Source: Candidatus Iainarchaeum sp. (lineage in GTDB: Archaea; B1Sed10-29; WALL01). From it: a stretch of DNA of 64,000 nt. The DNA lies in contig JAGMCR010000013.1 of NCBI GenBank assembly GCA_023129115.1, positions 26,726 through 90,725 of the forward strand. Direction: 5' to 3'. The notes under the pieces were generated by a model. The model worked only from the letters and a program-made list of their open reading frames with translations. It searched no databases and had not been told where the DNA came from. The translations under genes were made by a program, and so were the position numbers. Shown piece after piece: positions 9,730 through 18,346 of this stretch (position 1 is its first letter; each line of letters opens with the position of its first letter).

Positions 9730-10665
9730 ATGGCCTACACACGCAAAAAGACGATCAAGGGCCACGAATACGCTTACATGGTCAAGAGCGTGAGGACCCC
9801 CAAAGGGCCGAGGCAGAAGGTAGTGGAGTACTTGGGCGCTGCCCAGAGCGGCGTGCTCGGGGCGGGTCGCCTGGGCGGGGTGAGGTTTGGCACTGGTTTT
9901 TCTGTGCCGGCTGATGAGGTCAGGGCGTTGGCCAGGGAGCAGGGTGCGTCCCTTGGGATGGCTGAAAAGGACTTCATGCTATCTGTTTTCTTGAAGTACT
10001 TGTACCTCGTTCCTGGCTCTGAAGTGCTGGTCTTCAAGGGCGGCACTGCCCTGTCAAAGGTTTACGTCAAGGGCTACCGATTGAGCGAGGACTTGGACTT
10101 CACTGCCATGATAAAGGACAAGAAAGCCGTCAGGGAACTCCTCCGCAGGGCCGCACGCGAGCTGGGGTTTGTCATCAAGCGCGAGAACATGACCTCGCGG
10201 AGTTACACGATACGCTTGGGTTTTGTGGGCATGCTGATGACGCCGAACAGCATCCACATTGACGTTGACTTCACGCGCACGCCAGTGCTGAAGCCCAAGC
10301 ACGTAAAAAAGAAGCTGCCGTACAAGGGGCTTGGGTATGCCACGATGGTTGTGTACGACCTGCGCGAGTTGTTTGCCGAAAAGGTTATGGCCTTATCGCA
10401 TCGTAAGAAGCCAAGGGACTTCTACGATATTTGGTACCTGTTCAAACACAAGCGCTTCAACCGCTCCGAGATAGCCAAAATCGTCAAGGCGAAGGGCCGA
10501 GAGTTTCCGCCCGGGCTTGATGTGCCAGGCATTTTCTCGGGGACTGACGCGGCCAGGCGGCAGTGGAAGAACAGGCTCGTGGAACTCATGCACGATGTGC
10601 CGGACTTTGACGTGGTCTTGGCAGAGCTGCGGCCCAAGCTAGAAGCCCTCGAGAAAGCCAAATAA
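9730..10665 (+). CDS. AbiEii/AbiGii-family nucleotidyltransferase toxin with an extra N-terminal module
   Basis: EKD, FKGGTAL, RLSEDLDF, EKVMAL and RDFYD motifs. Confidence 0.9.
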   Translation: MAYTRKKTIKGHEYAYMVKSVRTPKGPRQKVVEYLGAAQSGVLGAGRLGGVRFGTGFSVPADEVRALAREQGASLGMAEKDFMLSVFLKYLYLVPGSEVLVFKGGTALSKVYVKGYRLSEDLDFTAMIKDKKAVRELLRRAARELGFVIKRENMTSRSYTIRLGFVGMLMTPNSIHIDVDFTRTPVLKPKHVKKKLPYKGLGYATMVVYDLRELFAEKVMALSHRKKPRDFYDIWYLFKHKRFNRSEIAKIVKAKGREFPPGLDVPGIFSGTDAARRQWKNRLVELMHDVPDFDVVLAELRPKLEALEKAK

Positions 10666-11460
10666 CTGCTTGTCCTCGATGTTCTTGATTACCTTCCACT
10701 TCTTGTCTATGCCCCCCCTTCTTTCGGCAAAGGTGGAGAGGGGGACAGCTGTTGTGTCACGCTTTATGGCTTCGTGGAGGGGCTTCGTGGGCCTGACCCC
10801 CAGCTTGTCCATTACGTAGCCCAGGCGCTTTACCAGTGTCTTGTTGCGCATTTTGAGCGCGTATTCACAGAGCTTCTTGGCGTTGATTTCGCGCCTGGCG
10901 AAGTAGAGGGCCTTGGCGCACTCGGCGACGCCCAGGGAGTACTGTGGCTTGTCAAAGCAGTCCACAACAGTTTTTTCTTTCGACGCCATGTTGATGGCCG
11001 GGCCGCCCTTGAGCTCTACCTCTTCCCAACCAAAAAACTTGTGCTTGGACAGCGTGACGAACTTGTAGTCCACTCCATGGAACCGTGTTATGTCCTTTTT
11101 TTGTTTAGTGGTTGCTACGTAAACCGAAATAGGTATTTGCTCGGTGAATCCCCAGAAGTTCATGGCGCTCACATAGGACACGTAGTAAGGTGAGACCAAG
11201 TTAGGCACTATGAGCCACTGGTGCTCCCACCAACCTTCTTCACCCGCCTTTGTGGGTATGAGCACGTACTTGTCCCGTTCTAGCCTATCGAACCACCCCC
11301 CCTTTGTGAGGCGGTGCATCAAGTCCCTTGCCACGCGCTTCTTGCCACCCACTATTTTTCGCACGTCAGCCATGCTAACGACTGCCTTGCCCTCACGCTC
11401 TAGGCGCGACACTAGCCTAAAGCCCTTTTTGCCCAATGTCTTGCCTTTATTTTTTCTCAT
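10639..11460 (-). CDS. AbiEi-family type IV antitoxin / transcriptional regulator
   Basis: N-terminal wHTH, YYVSYVSAMNFWGFTEQIP, EKTVVDC and KRLGY. Confidence 0.88.
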   Translation of the reverse strand: MRKNKGKTLGKKGFRLVSRLEREGKAVVSMADVRKIVGGKKRVARDLMHRLTKGGWFDRLERDKYVLIPTKAGEEGWWEHQWLIVPNLVSPYYVSYVSAMNFWGFTEQIPISVYVATTKQKKDITRFHGVDYKFVTLSKHKFFGWEEVELKGGPAINMASKEKTVVDCFDKPQYSLGVAECAKALYFARREINAKKLCEYALKMRNKTLVKRLGYVMDKLGVRPTKPLHEAIKRDTTAVPLSTFAERRGGIDKKWKVIKNIEDKQLFGFLEGF

Positions 11461-11673
11461 TATAATCGCCTATTACGCGATTATCTATATAACAAAACAA
11501 GTATAAATACCTTGCTGTGGCACAGCCTAAAAGTAGCCCACACCCAAAAAAAGTGTTGACGCAGGGTTGGTGGGGGGCTATCCCATCAGTTAGGCACTAC
11601 ATTTTATTGGAATGCCCTCGGTATAAAAAGCGTCCACTCTACGGCTTGCCGAGAAAAAAATAATTAGCCTGGG

Positions 11674-12561
11674 CTACACTGCTTTGGTAGCCCAGTTGAT
11701 TATGTTCCTGAACAGGTCTTCCTGGTTCAGTTCAATCGGGTTGTACGCGAGGTAGACAATGCGGCCGCCCGTGGCCCCGGCGTCGTACGCGATGAATCCC
11801 GCGGTGCTCTGGCCCTTGCCGCTCCCGTCCGTCCACTCAATCCAAGCGACTTTGTTGCTTGCGTACGGCTCGTTCACCAGCGTCACGCCACTGAAGGACG
11901 CGTAGTTTGCAATATTGATTTTGAAGGGTGCAGTTATGCCGGCGCGTGTGAGAATTTGGTGCTTGTACTGCGTCGGCACGAACTGGACATCGCTCATGTC
12001 GCTCGGCAGCACAGTCACTGCGCCGATGGTGTTGCAGTTAGTGAAGGACGGGCACGCGGGCTCGAACTTGACTATCTTGGCCATGTCGTCCACGGCCCAC
12101 CCAAACGTGTACTCGCTTATGGAGCCGTCCGTGTTCATCTGGTTCAGGCCAGCGCCACGCACAATGATTAGCGCGCCGCCCGAGTTGACGTAGTCCGTGA
12201 TTTCGTTTCTTGCCTCGGTCGTCAGTGCCGTGCTGTCGCCGTAGAGAATCACGAGGTCGTAGTCATTGCTTGTTATCGCGCCCGCACGGATGTGCTGCTG
12301 CACGTTGTTGTCAATCACCGGCGTTATCTTGGTCACGCGGCTGCTTATGTCGGTGCCAAAAGTCTTGGCGGCGTCGTAGTCACTGGGGTTTGTGATGATG
12401 AGGGTCTGGACGCTCTCGCCCGCACAGAGGAAGCTCAGGAAGGAGGGGCATATCCCCATGAACTGGGTGGCGACCACCACCAGCACCAAGGCGACCAACA
12501 CTATTGGTATGGCCATCTCGGCGAACTGCTTTTGTCCTCCTCCGCGCGGATAGAACGCCAT
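11674..12561 (-). CDS. Membrane-anchored surface protein with a GATase-like domain (paralog 1)
   Basis: N-terminal TM; YDLVIL...ITDYVNSGGALIIV and GRIVYLAY...NIINW. Confidence 0.7.
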   Translation of the reverse strand: MAFYPRGGGQKQFAEMAIPIVLVALVLVVVATQFMGICPSFLSFLCAGESVQTLIITNPSDYDAAKTFGTDISSRVTKITPVIDNNVQQHIRAGAITSNDYDLVILYGDSTALTTEARNEITDYVNSGGALIIVRGAGLNQMNTDGSISEYTFGWAVDDMAKIVKFEPACPSFTNCNTIGAVTVLPSDMSDVQFVPTQYKHQILTRAGITAPFKINIANYASFSGVTLVNEPYASNKVAWIEWTDGSGKGQSTAGFIAYDAGATGGRIVYLAYNPIELNQEDLFRNIINWATKAV

Positions 12562-12573
12562 TTCTTTTTCACC

Positions 12574-13449
12574 TCACGCACTCTGGTACCCGGTGGCCCC
12601 GATGATGTAGGCAATCGTGTTGATGACGATGCCTTCCTCGACGTTCATGTCGATGTTCTCGGTCGTCGGGTTAAAGCTCATCCACACGACGCTTCCGCCT
12701 GCCACGTCGCCCATCTCGGCAACGCCGGGGTAGACGTCCCCGGTCTGGCCGGCCTTGACCTCTGCGCCGGACGGGAATCCGCCGATGTAGAGGATGTGCG
12801 AAGCCGTCACCGGGATGTTGGCCACGTTGATGCTGCCGTTGCCCGCGGTGAGGGGTGTGGCTGTGTCAACGTTCTTGGCGAGGCCGTTGTCGAACATGCC
12901 CTGCCTGATGTACATGGTTGGCGCGTAGACCTGCTCGTAGACCCCGGAGCAGTCGCCCAGCGGGCAGCTGACGGGCATGACGCTCGAGAGCTCTGCCCAC
13001 CGGCCGTTGGCCTGGGTGCCGCCCGTGCCAATCACGAGCATATTGCCTCCGCCGGCCACCCAGTTCTTGAGGATGACCTGCATTGACGGGGTCAGGTCGG
13101 TCGCGGTAAGCATAACGACGTCGTAGCCCTGGCTGTCGAGCCAGTCCGCAGAGCTGATTTTGTTGTACTGCGCGTCCGTCATTACTTCAACGTTCAGCGG
13201 GTTACCGAACACTTGCAGTGCCAGGTTCCCAGAGAGGTGCGCCCTCCAGTCGTTGGCCTCGCTGGCAGACTCTCCGATAATCAGCACGTTGACTGCAGAG
13301 CCGCCAAAGAGGTCGCCGAGAATTGGAACCCCGCGGACGAGGCTCGGGTTGAGAGCAATTACCCCTATAATAAGTAATAGAATAATCAAGACGGGAATAG
13401 CCGCCTCGAATTGTCGCTTGAATCCCTGTTCGTAATACTGTTGTGGCAT
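12574..13449 (-). CDS. Membrane-anchored surface protein with a GATase-like domain (paralog 2)
   Basis: N-terminal TM; YDVVML...LKNWVAGGGNMLVIG and GSVVWMSF. Confidence 0.7.
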   Translation of the reverse strand: MPQQYYEQGFKRQFEAAIPVLIILLLIIGVIALNPSLVRGVPILGDLFGGSAVNVLIIGESASEANDWRAHLSGNLALQVFGNPLNVEVMTDAQYNKISSADWLDSQGYDVVMLTATDLTPSMQVILKNWVAGGGNMLVIGTGGTQANGRWAELSSVMPVSCPLGDCSGVYEQVYAPTMYIRQGMFDNGLAKNVDTATPLTAGNGSINVANIPVTASHILYIGGFPSGAEVKAGQTGDVYPGVAEMGDVAGGSVVWMSFNPTTENIDMNVEEGIVINTIAYIIGATGYQSA

Positions 13450-13569
13450 ATGCCGCTCCTCCTGTTGAACACCATTATTCAGCCCCGCCTTTTAAAGCTT
13501 TCGCAGCCCCGGCACAGCTGCATAATTAGTTGACATAATCCCTTTTAAGCCTTTGCATAAATTGTCCCT

Positions 13570-13677
13570 AGTGGGGGACGAACAAAACGCAGTTGGTTAC
13601 TCGGCCCCTATGGCAAGCAAACTGGACTAGGGGGATGCCAATTGGCACCCCCCTTAGGCCGGCTCGAGTCCCCCACT
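13570..13677. repeat. MITE-like segment with 10-bp inverted ends and an internal family C palindrome
   Basis: AGTGGGGGAC at 13570 and GTCCCCCACT ending 13677; GGGGGATGCCAATTGGCACCCCC at about 13630. Confidence 0.55.
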
Positions 13678-13715
13678 CAGTAGAGCATGAACTCAATCAA
13701 GTTCTTCACGAACAC
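13677..13715 (-). repeat. Second copy of the last 39 nt of gene 13792-15786
   Basis: Both copies encode VFVKNLIEFMLY*; 5 differences, all synonymous. Confidence 0.92.
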
Positions 13716-13791
13716 AGCTTAAACTCAGCCCAAACCTGAGCTGGCGAGGTGGACTAAGGCGGCATCAGCAGATGCCGCGAATAGGCCTGCC
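13716..13791. repeat. Hairpin element, family B
   Basis: 13721-13763 matches 42007-42049 at 39 of 43 nt. Confidence 0.85.
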
Positions 13792-15786
13792 TCAATACAG
13801 CATAAATTCAATCAGGTTCTTCACGAACACTTCGTCTGTCTCTGGCGGGAACGCGTAATAGACGACCACGCCCCTGCCGAAGATGTGGCTCGCGAACTTC
13901 GGGTCCTTCACCGTAATCCCCGGCCACGTGTTCGCGTTCCGGTACGCCGGCGTCACGTGCAGCTGCACCACCTCGTGCGAGTTGACGTCGTTCGTCTCCA
14001 CCAGCACGAACGGGACAGGCAAGTCATTTTTCTTCAAGTCCTTCGCGCGCGTCACCCCTTGCACCAATGGGTGCTTGACGTCCGCTACCTGCATCACCGC
14101 CAGTGCCTCGCTCTCCGTCGCCGGGTCGAGCCGCACTTCCTGCGCAGCCTCAATCGCCGCTGCCGCCGAGTTCATTCCCTCGGCAAACCCATCGCCGCAC
14201 TTGAGCGACATGTCCCTGAGCCCGCGCGCAAGCGCCGCCCATTCGCTGCCCTGCGCAGTGCGGATGAAGTCCACCGCACCGTTCTCGTCCACAAGCGGCG
14301 ACGAATAAGCAATCAGCGTGTTCAATTCCTCGATGTGCCCGGTCTCCGCCGAAATGGCCTCGGCCACGTTCCCGACCTCATCCTCCTCGCACGAATTGTA
14401 CTCGTTAGCGTCACTCCGCAGCTTTGCCGCAGCGGCCTCGATGTCGGAGACCCTCGACCCCAGCAGCGAAATGTGGGAGTCATAGTTCGACTTCACGACC
14501 GCGTCTTCTTCACTCGCCCTCAGCGACTCAAGCGACGACTTCGCGCCCGCGACTTTCGTGGCAATGCCCTCAATCGCGGTTATCTCCATGCTTGTGGGCA
14601 CGCCATCAGGGATAACAACGGCCTCAATATCGTCGATGTACCCCTCCATCTTCGTTGCGGCAGAACTCACCGCGCTGGACGACTCGCCCCTCGCGTCCTT
14701 CTGCTGCGCCAGCGACTTCAGCGTCGTCACCACGCCGCCCAAATCAGTCTTGGCGCCGCTCTTCTCGTTCTCCAGGCCCGCGAGGCCCGCGTTAACGGCG
14801 GCAAGCGCCGCCGTGGGGCTGCACCCGCCCTCGCCGCCGAGCGCGTTGTGGCACACGACAAACCCTGCGTGCGCGCTCGCCAGGCCTTCCATGACAGTGT
14901 CAATCCCCGCGTAGTACCTGTCGAACTCTGCCACGGCATAATCGTCCGCCACGAAGCCGACGCCGAGCACGCTCTTGCCGAAGTCAATCCCGCCCTCGGT
15001 GCCCTCGGCAGTGATTTTTTCGTACTCGCCCCTTGCCCACGGGTTCGCCGTGGTCCTGAAGCCTTGCTCGTTGTCCCACCTGAAGTAAATGTCCTGGTAG
15101 CTCCCGCCCTCGCACGGGTAGCCCTTTGTGCCGCTCACGCCAAGCGTCCCGTCGAACGCGTCCGCGCAGATGCCCTCGATGTGCTCGAGCGCGCCGGCGA
15201 TTAGCGCTTCCTTTTTGATTGCGAACGCCTCGCTCGCCATGGCGTCGGACGGCGTGCTTACCTCGCTTTCCTTGACGCAGATTTCTTCTTCGTATTCCTG
15301 GATGCGCTTGCCGCCCTCGTCGCGCCACTCGGCGGTGTACTCCATGGTCCTGCACGTTTGGTCGCTCGACGAGCCGATTGTCCCGGCGTCTCCGACCCAG
15401 ACCAGTCTCCCCATGTCCTCGAACAAGTAGTTGTAGAACACCTTGAGCTTTTCCGTCGGTATTTCGCGCGCGTGCTCAACGATAATCAGTGAATAGTCCT
15501 GGATATTGCCCTTGGACACTTGGTCGACGCGCAGCTTCTGCACGGGCAGCTGGTACTGCGTCTCAATCATTCGTGCGAGCGTGTCGGGCGAGCCCATTCC
15601 CTCGTCGCCCCTGATAATCAGTATGGTCGGCTTCCCGAGCACGGAATAATAAATGTCGCAGTATCCCTGGCCGAGCGACGAGCAACCCACGAGCCCGGTC
15701 TTGGTCGCGACAATAAGCAGCGCGAAGACCAGCACTCCAATAGCAATCAAGTGGGGCAGGTTCTTCTGCAGGTCTTGGGACGCCAT
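13792..15786 (-). CDS. Membrane-anchored surface protein; GATase-like domain split by a large helical insertion (paralog 3)
   Basis: N-terminal TM; YSLIIVE...GRLVWVGDAG; C-terminal HPLVQG...GVVVYYAF; Ala-rich helical middle. Confidence 0.7.
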   Translation of the reverse strand: MASQDLQKNLPHLIAIGVLVFALLIVATKTGLVGCSSLGQGYCDIYYSVLGKPTILIIRGDEGMGSPDTLARMIETQYQLPVQKLRVDQVSKGNIQDYSLIIVEHAREIPTEKLKVFYNYLFEDMGRLVWVGDAGTIGSSSDQTCRTMEYTAEWRDEGGKRIQEYEEEICVKESEVSTPSDAMASEAFAIKKEALIAGALEHIEGICADAFDGTLGVSGTKGYPCEGGSYQDIYFRWDNEQGFRTTANPWARGEYEKITAEGTEGGIDFGKSVLGVGFVADDYAVAEFDRYYAGIDTVMEGLASAHAGFVVCHNALGGEGGCSPTAALAAVNAGLAGLENEKSGAKTDLGGVVTTLKSLAQQKDARGESSSAVSSAATKMEGYIDDIEAVVIPDGVPTSMEITAIEGIATKVAGAKSSLESLRASEEDAVVKSNYDSHISLLGSRVSDIEAAAAKLRSDANEYNSCEEDEVGNVAEAISAETGHIEELNTLIAYSSPLVDENGAVDFIRTAQGSEWAALARGLRDMSLKCGDGFAEGMNSAAAAIEAAQEVRLDPATESEALAVMQVADVKHPLVQGVTRAKDLKKNDLPVPFVLVETNDVNSHEVVQLHVTPAYRNANTWPGITVKDPKFASHIFGRGVVVYYAFPPETDEVFVKNLIEFMLY

Positions 15787-15811
15787 AGCAAAAGATTAGG
15801 GCGGCGAGTAT

Positions 15812-15919
15812 TTATATGTTTATCACGGTGCCCAGCCAGCCAAAAAGCCCAAGCCCAATAACCACTGCCATGCCGATAAACATTCCAGTAGCCATCAAAA
15901 GCTGCCTTCCACATCTCAT
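15812..15919 (-). CDS. Putative 35-aa single-TM peptide
   Basis: Manual translation MRCGRQLLMATGMFIGMAVVIGLGLFGWLGTVINI*; not in the ORF track. Confidence 0.4.
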   Translation of the reverse strand: MRCGRQLLMATGMFIGMAVVIGLGLFGWLGTVINI

Positions 15920-15957
15920 GCCAAAAGAAACAGCGCCCCGGCTTTTAATGCTTTTCC

Positions 15958-16725
15958 TCAAAGCGTGAACTTCGTGAGGATGTGCTTTTCCTTGGCCTGG
16001 ACCACTGCCTCTACCTCAATGTATTTCCCCAATCCGGACAATGCAATCCTCGGCCGCAGCAATTGGTCGAGCTGGAACACGCCCGCCGAGTTGTTCATCT
16101 TCACCAGAATCTTGACCGGCTTCTTCGTGCCCTTTTTTATACTAACATCATCAATGGCCTGCGCCGATACAGCATGAATGTCTTTCTTCCCCATGTCAAA
16201 CGGAATCCGGCTCCGCCCCTTGCTCATGTCCGTCGCGTCCGCGACGCGCACGACCCCAGCCTCGACGGTGAACGGCGCCAATTCCTTGCTGTAATGCGGC
16301 AGCGCGTGCAGTATCTCGGACTGCATCACGACCTGCTCCTCGACAGAATAGCCGCCCAGTAATTCCGGCAATAGCTGCGGCGCCAGAATGATGCTGAACA
16401 ATTCGTGGTTGTGCCGGTGCACGGTCATCCCGATGTCGTGCAGCGAGGCCGCCAAAACAACAACGACTTCTGCGTCATCAACCGTCATCTTATGGTTCTT
16501 CACAATACTCGGCTTCACGCCCCCTGCGACGAGCAGGCGCAGCATCTGCAGCGCGGCGTTCGCCACAATCTGTATGTGCACGGGCCCGTGGTCGTTGTAG
16601 CCAAGCCGGTCAATCGAGTTGACGTTCGAGCACTTCCACATCGCGGCGAGCCGCTTGCTCGCGCGGACTTTCTTGACCACCGACCCCAGTTTTTTGTTCC
16701 CCTTCACGGGAATGTTGAACCTCAT
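15958..16725 (-). CDS. HD-domain metal-dependent phosphohydrolase
   Basis: NDHGPVH, LHDIG, VADATD and GRSRIP; ATGA overlap with the upstream gene. Confidence 0.88.
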   Translation of the reverse strand: MRFNIPVKGNKKLGSVVKKVRASKRLAAMWKCSNVNSIDRLGYNDHGPVHIQIVANAALQMLRLLVAGGVKPSIVKNHKMTVDDAEVVVVLAASLHDIGMTVHRHNHELFSIILAPQLLPELLGGYSVEEQVVMQSEILHALPHYSKELAPFTVEAGVVRVADATDMSKGRSRIPFDMGKKDIHAVSAQAIDDVSIKKGTKKPVKILVKMNNSAGVFQLDQLLRPRIALSGLGKYIEVEAVVQAKEKHILTKFTL

Positions 16726-18005
16726 TTCTTCAGCCTCTTCATCAGCCCAAGCTTGGCACTGGGGTCGAACCCGCTCCGCAGCTTTTTCTTCTGCCACTGC
16801 TGCGCCAGCAGGACCACGGTGTGCGGCTCAATGCTCTCCCGCAGCACGATGCCCGGCCCGATGAACGAGTACTCCCCAATCTTTATCCCGGGATAAATGC
16901 TGCTGTTGATTCCGGTCTTGCAGTTCGCGCCCACGATGCACCCGAACTTGTTCGCCCCGGTGCCGACCTTCTCGCCGCCGACCTCCATGTACACCTCTTT
17001 CTCGTCGAACCGGAAGTTCGCCGTGACACACCCCGAGCCGAACATCGAGTTGTCCATCACGACAGAGTCGCCCACGTAATTGTTGTGGAACCAAACGTTG
17101 CAGCCCACGTAGCTCCGCGCGAGCTCGGTCGAAAAGCCGACCACGCTGTTGTCGTCGACGTGGCTCTCGCGCACCAATGCGTTGTTCGCGACGACCGCGT
17201 CCCTCCCGATGTACGAGTCAACAATGACCGCGTTCTCGAACACGCTCGCGCCGTCCTCAATAACCGTGTTGCCTTTTATCACCGCGCTGGCCGCGATGCT
17301 CGCCTTCTTCGAGACGCGCGGCTCCATCTTCGACAGGAAGTGCCTGCTCACCCCGAGGATGTGGAACGGGTACTTGATTGCGCCCCAGTACCCGGTGTAC
17401 GGCACAGCAACCACTTCTTTTTCGCCGCACATCTTCGTGAGCGCGACTTCGTACACGTCGTCCCTGCTGCTCGACGCGAACTCCAGGCACTCCACCAGGC
17501 CCTCGCCGCTCTTGTACTTGTGGAACACGACGTTCACTAGGTCGCTTGGCTCGTTGCCCTCGCCCGGCTTCTCCATTATCCCCGTTACCCTGCTTCCATC
17601 GGTCACGAGGTAGCCGCCAGGGAAATACTTGGTCACCTTCACAGCCAGAATTGCCGCGTCCCCCTTGGCCTTCTTGATGGACTCGTAGGCGCTTTCCTCG
17701 AACACGTCGTTCGCGCCGATGATTACGACTTCTCCCCTCAGGAACTTTTTCGCGGACAATACTGCGTCCGCCATTCCCCTAGGCTCTTCCTGGATTGCGT
17801 ACTCTGCCCTGTCCCCCACCACTTTTTTGATGTCCTCAATATTGAGGGGCGAGCATATGAGCACTGGCTTGCCCTCGGCGTATTTTTCGGCGAGCTCGAG
17901 CTGGCGCAGCACAAGCTCCTTGCCGCAGAACCTAAGCAGGCCCTTGTCCTTGGTAATCGGCATCATTCTCTTGCCGATTCCGCCGCACAGGAATATTGCT
18001 CTCAT
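16722..18005 (-). CDS. glmU: Bifunctional sugar-1-phosphate nucleotidylyltransferase/acetyltransferase (GlmU-like)
   Basis: LCGGIGKRMMP, EKP, hexapeptide repeats and HNNYVGDS. Confidence 0.8.
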   Translation of the reverse strand: MRAIFLCGGIGKRMMPITKDKGLLRFCGKELVLRQLELAEKYAEGKPVLICSPLNIEDIKKVVGDRAEYAIQEEPRGMADAVLSAKKFLRGEVVIIGANDVFEESAYESIKKAKGDAAILAVKVTKYFPGGYLVTDGSRVTGIMEKPGEGNEPSDLVNVVFHKYKSGEGLVECLEFASSSRDDVYEVALTKMCGEKEVVAVPYTGYWGAIKYPFHILGVSRHFLSKMEPRVSKKASIAASAVIKGNTVIEDGASVFENAVIVDSYIGRDAVVANNALVRESHVDDNSVVGFSTELARSYVGCNVWFHNNYVGDSVVMDNSMFGSGCVTANFRFDEKEVYMEVGGEKVGTGANKFGCIVGANCKTGINSSIYPGIKIGEYSFIGPGIVLRESIEPHTVVLLAQQWQKKKLRSGFDPSAKLGLMKRLKK

Positions 18006-18006
18006 T

Positions 18007-18111
18007 CAATCACCTTTTCCATCGACGCTTTTCCACTGTTCAGGGGTTGAGCAGGCAAGCGAAACCCCTGTAACAGAAAAAGGGTCGCCGCACAGGAATA
18101 TTGCTCTCATT
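18007..18111. repeat. Family A hairpin element plus a 26-nt duplicate of the glmU 5' end
   Basis: CGCCGCACAGGAATATTGCTCTCATT at 17981-18006 and 18086-18111; the insert shares both ends with the reverse complement of 54430-54487. Confidence 0.88.
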
Positions 18112-18133
18112 ATCGTCACCTTGTCATGCTTCT

Positions 18134-18229
18134 GGGGAGTGCCACGAGGACAAGCCGCAAGGGCTTGGGGGGAAAGGAATTGGGGGACGCCAGTTGGCGT
18201 CCCCCCAGATGCCGGTTGTGGCACCCCCC
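18134..18229. repeat. GC-rich structured element with a family C palindrome
   Basis: GGGGGACGCCAGTTGGCGTCCCCC at 18182-18205, inside outer inverted repeats GGGGAGTGCCAC / GTGGCACCCCCC. Confidence 0.7.
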
Positions 18230-18346
18230 CATAGGCCGATGCTACCGCCCCCGCGAAAGGATTGTTTCGCTATCCTGAGTCTCTCGCATTAGTTTTCCGC
18301 AAACCATTTATATATAGTTAGTGTATTTACCGCGGGTGCCTTTGCG

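Noticed and set aside
13716-13791. Integron attC sites
   Set aside because: No RYYYAAC...GTTRRRY ends and no IntI in the window.
18112-18290. RNase P RNA, SRP RNA or riboswitch
   Set aside because: I could not find the conserved signature motifs; the structure is explained by family C palindromes. An Rfam search was not run.
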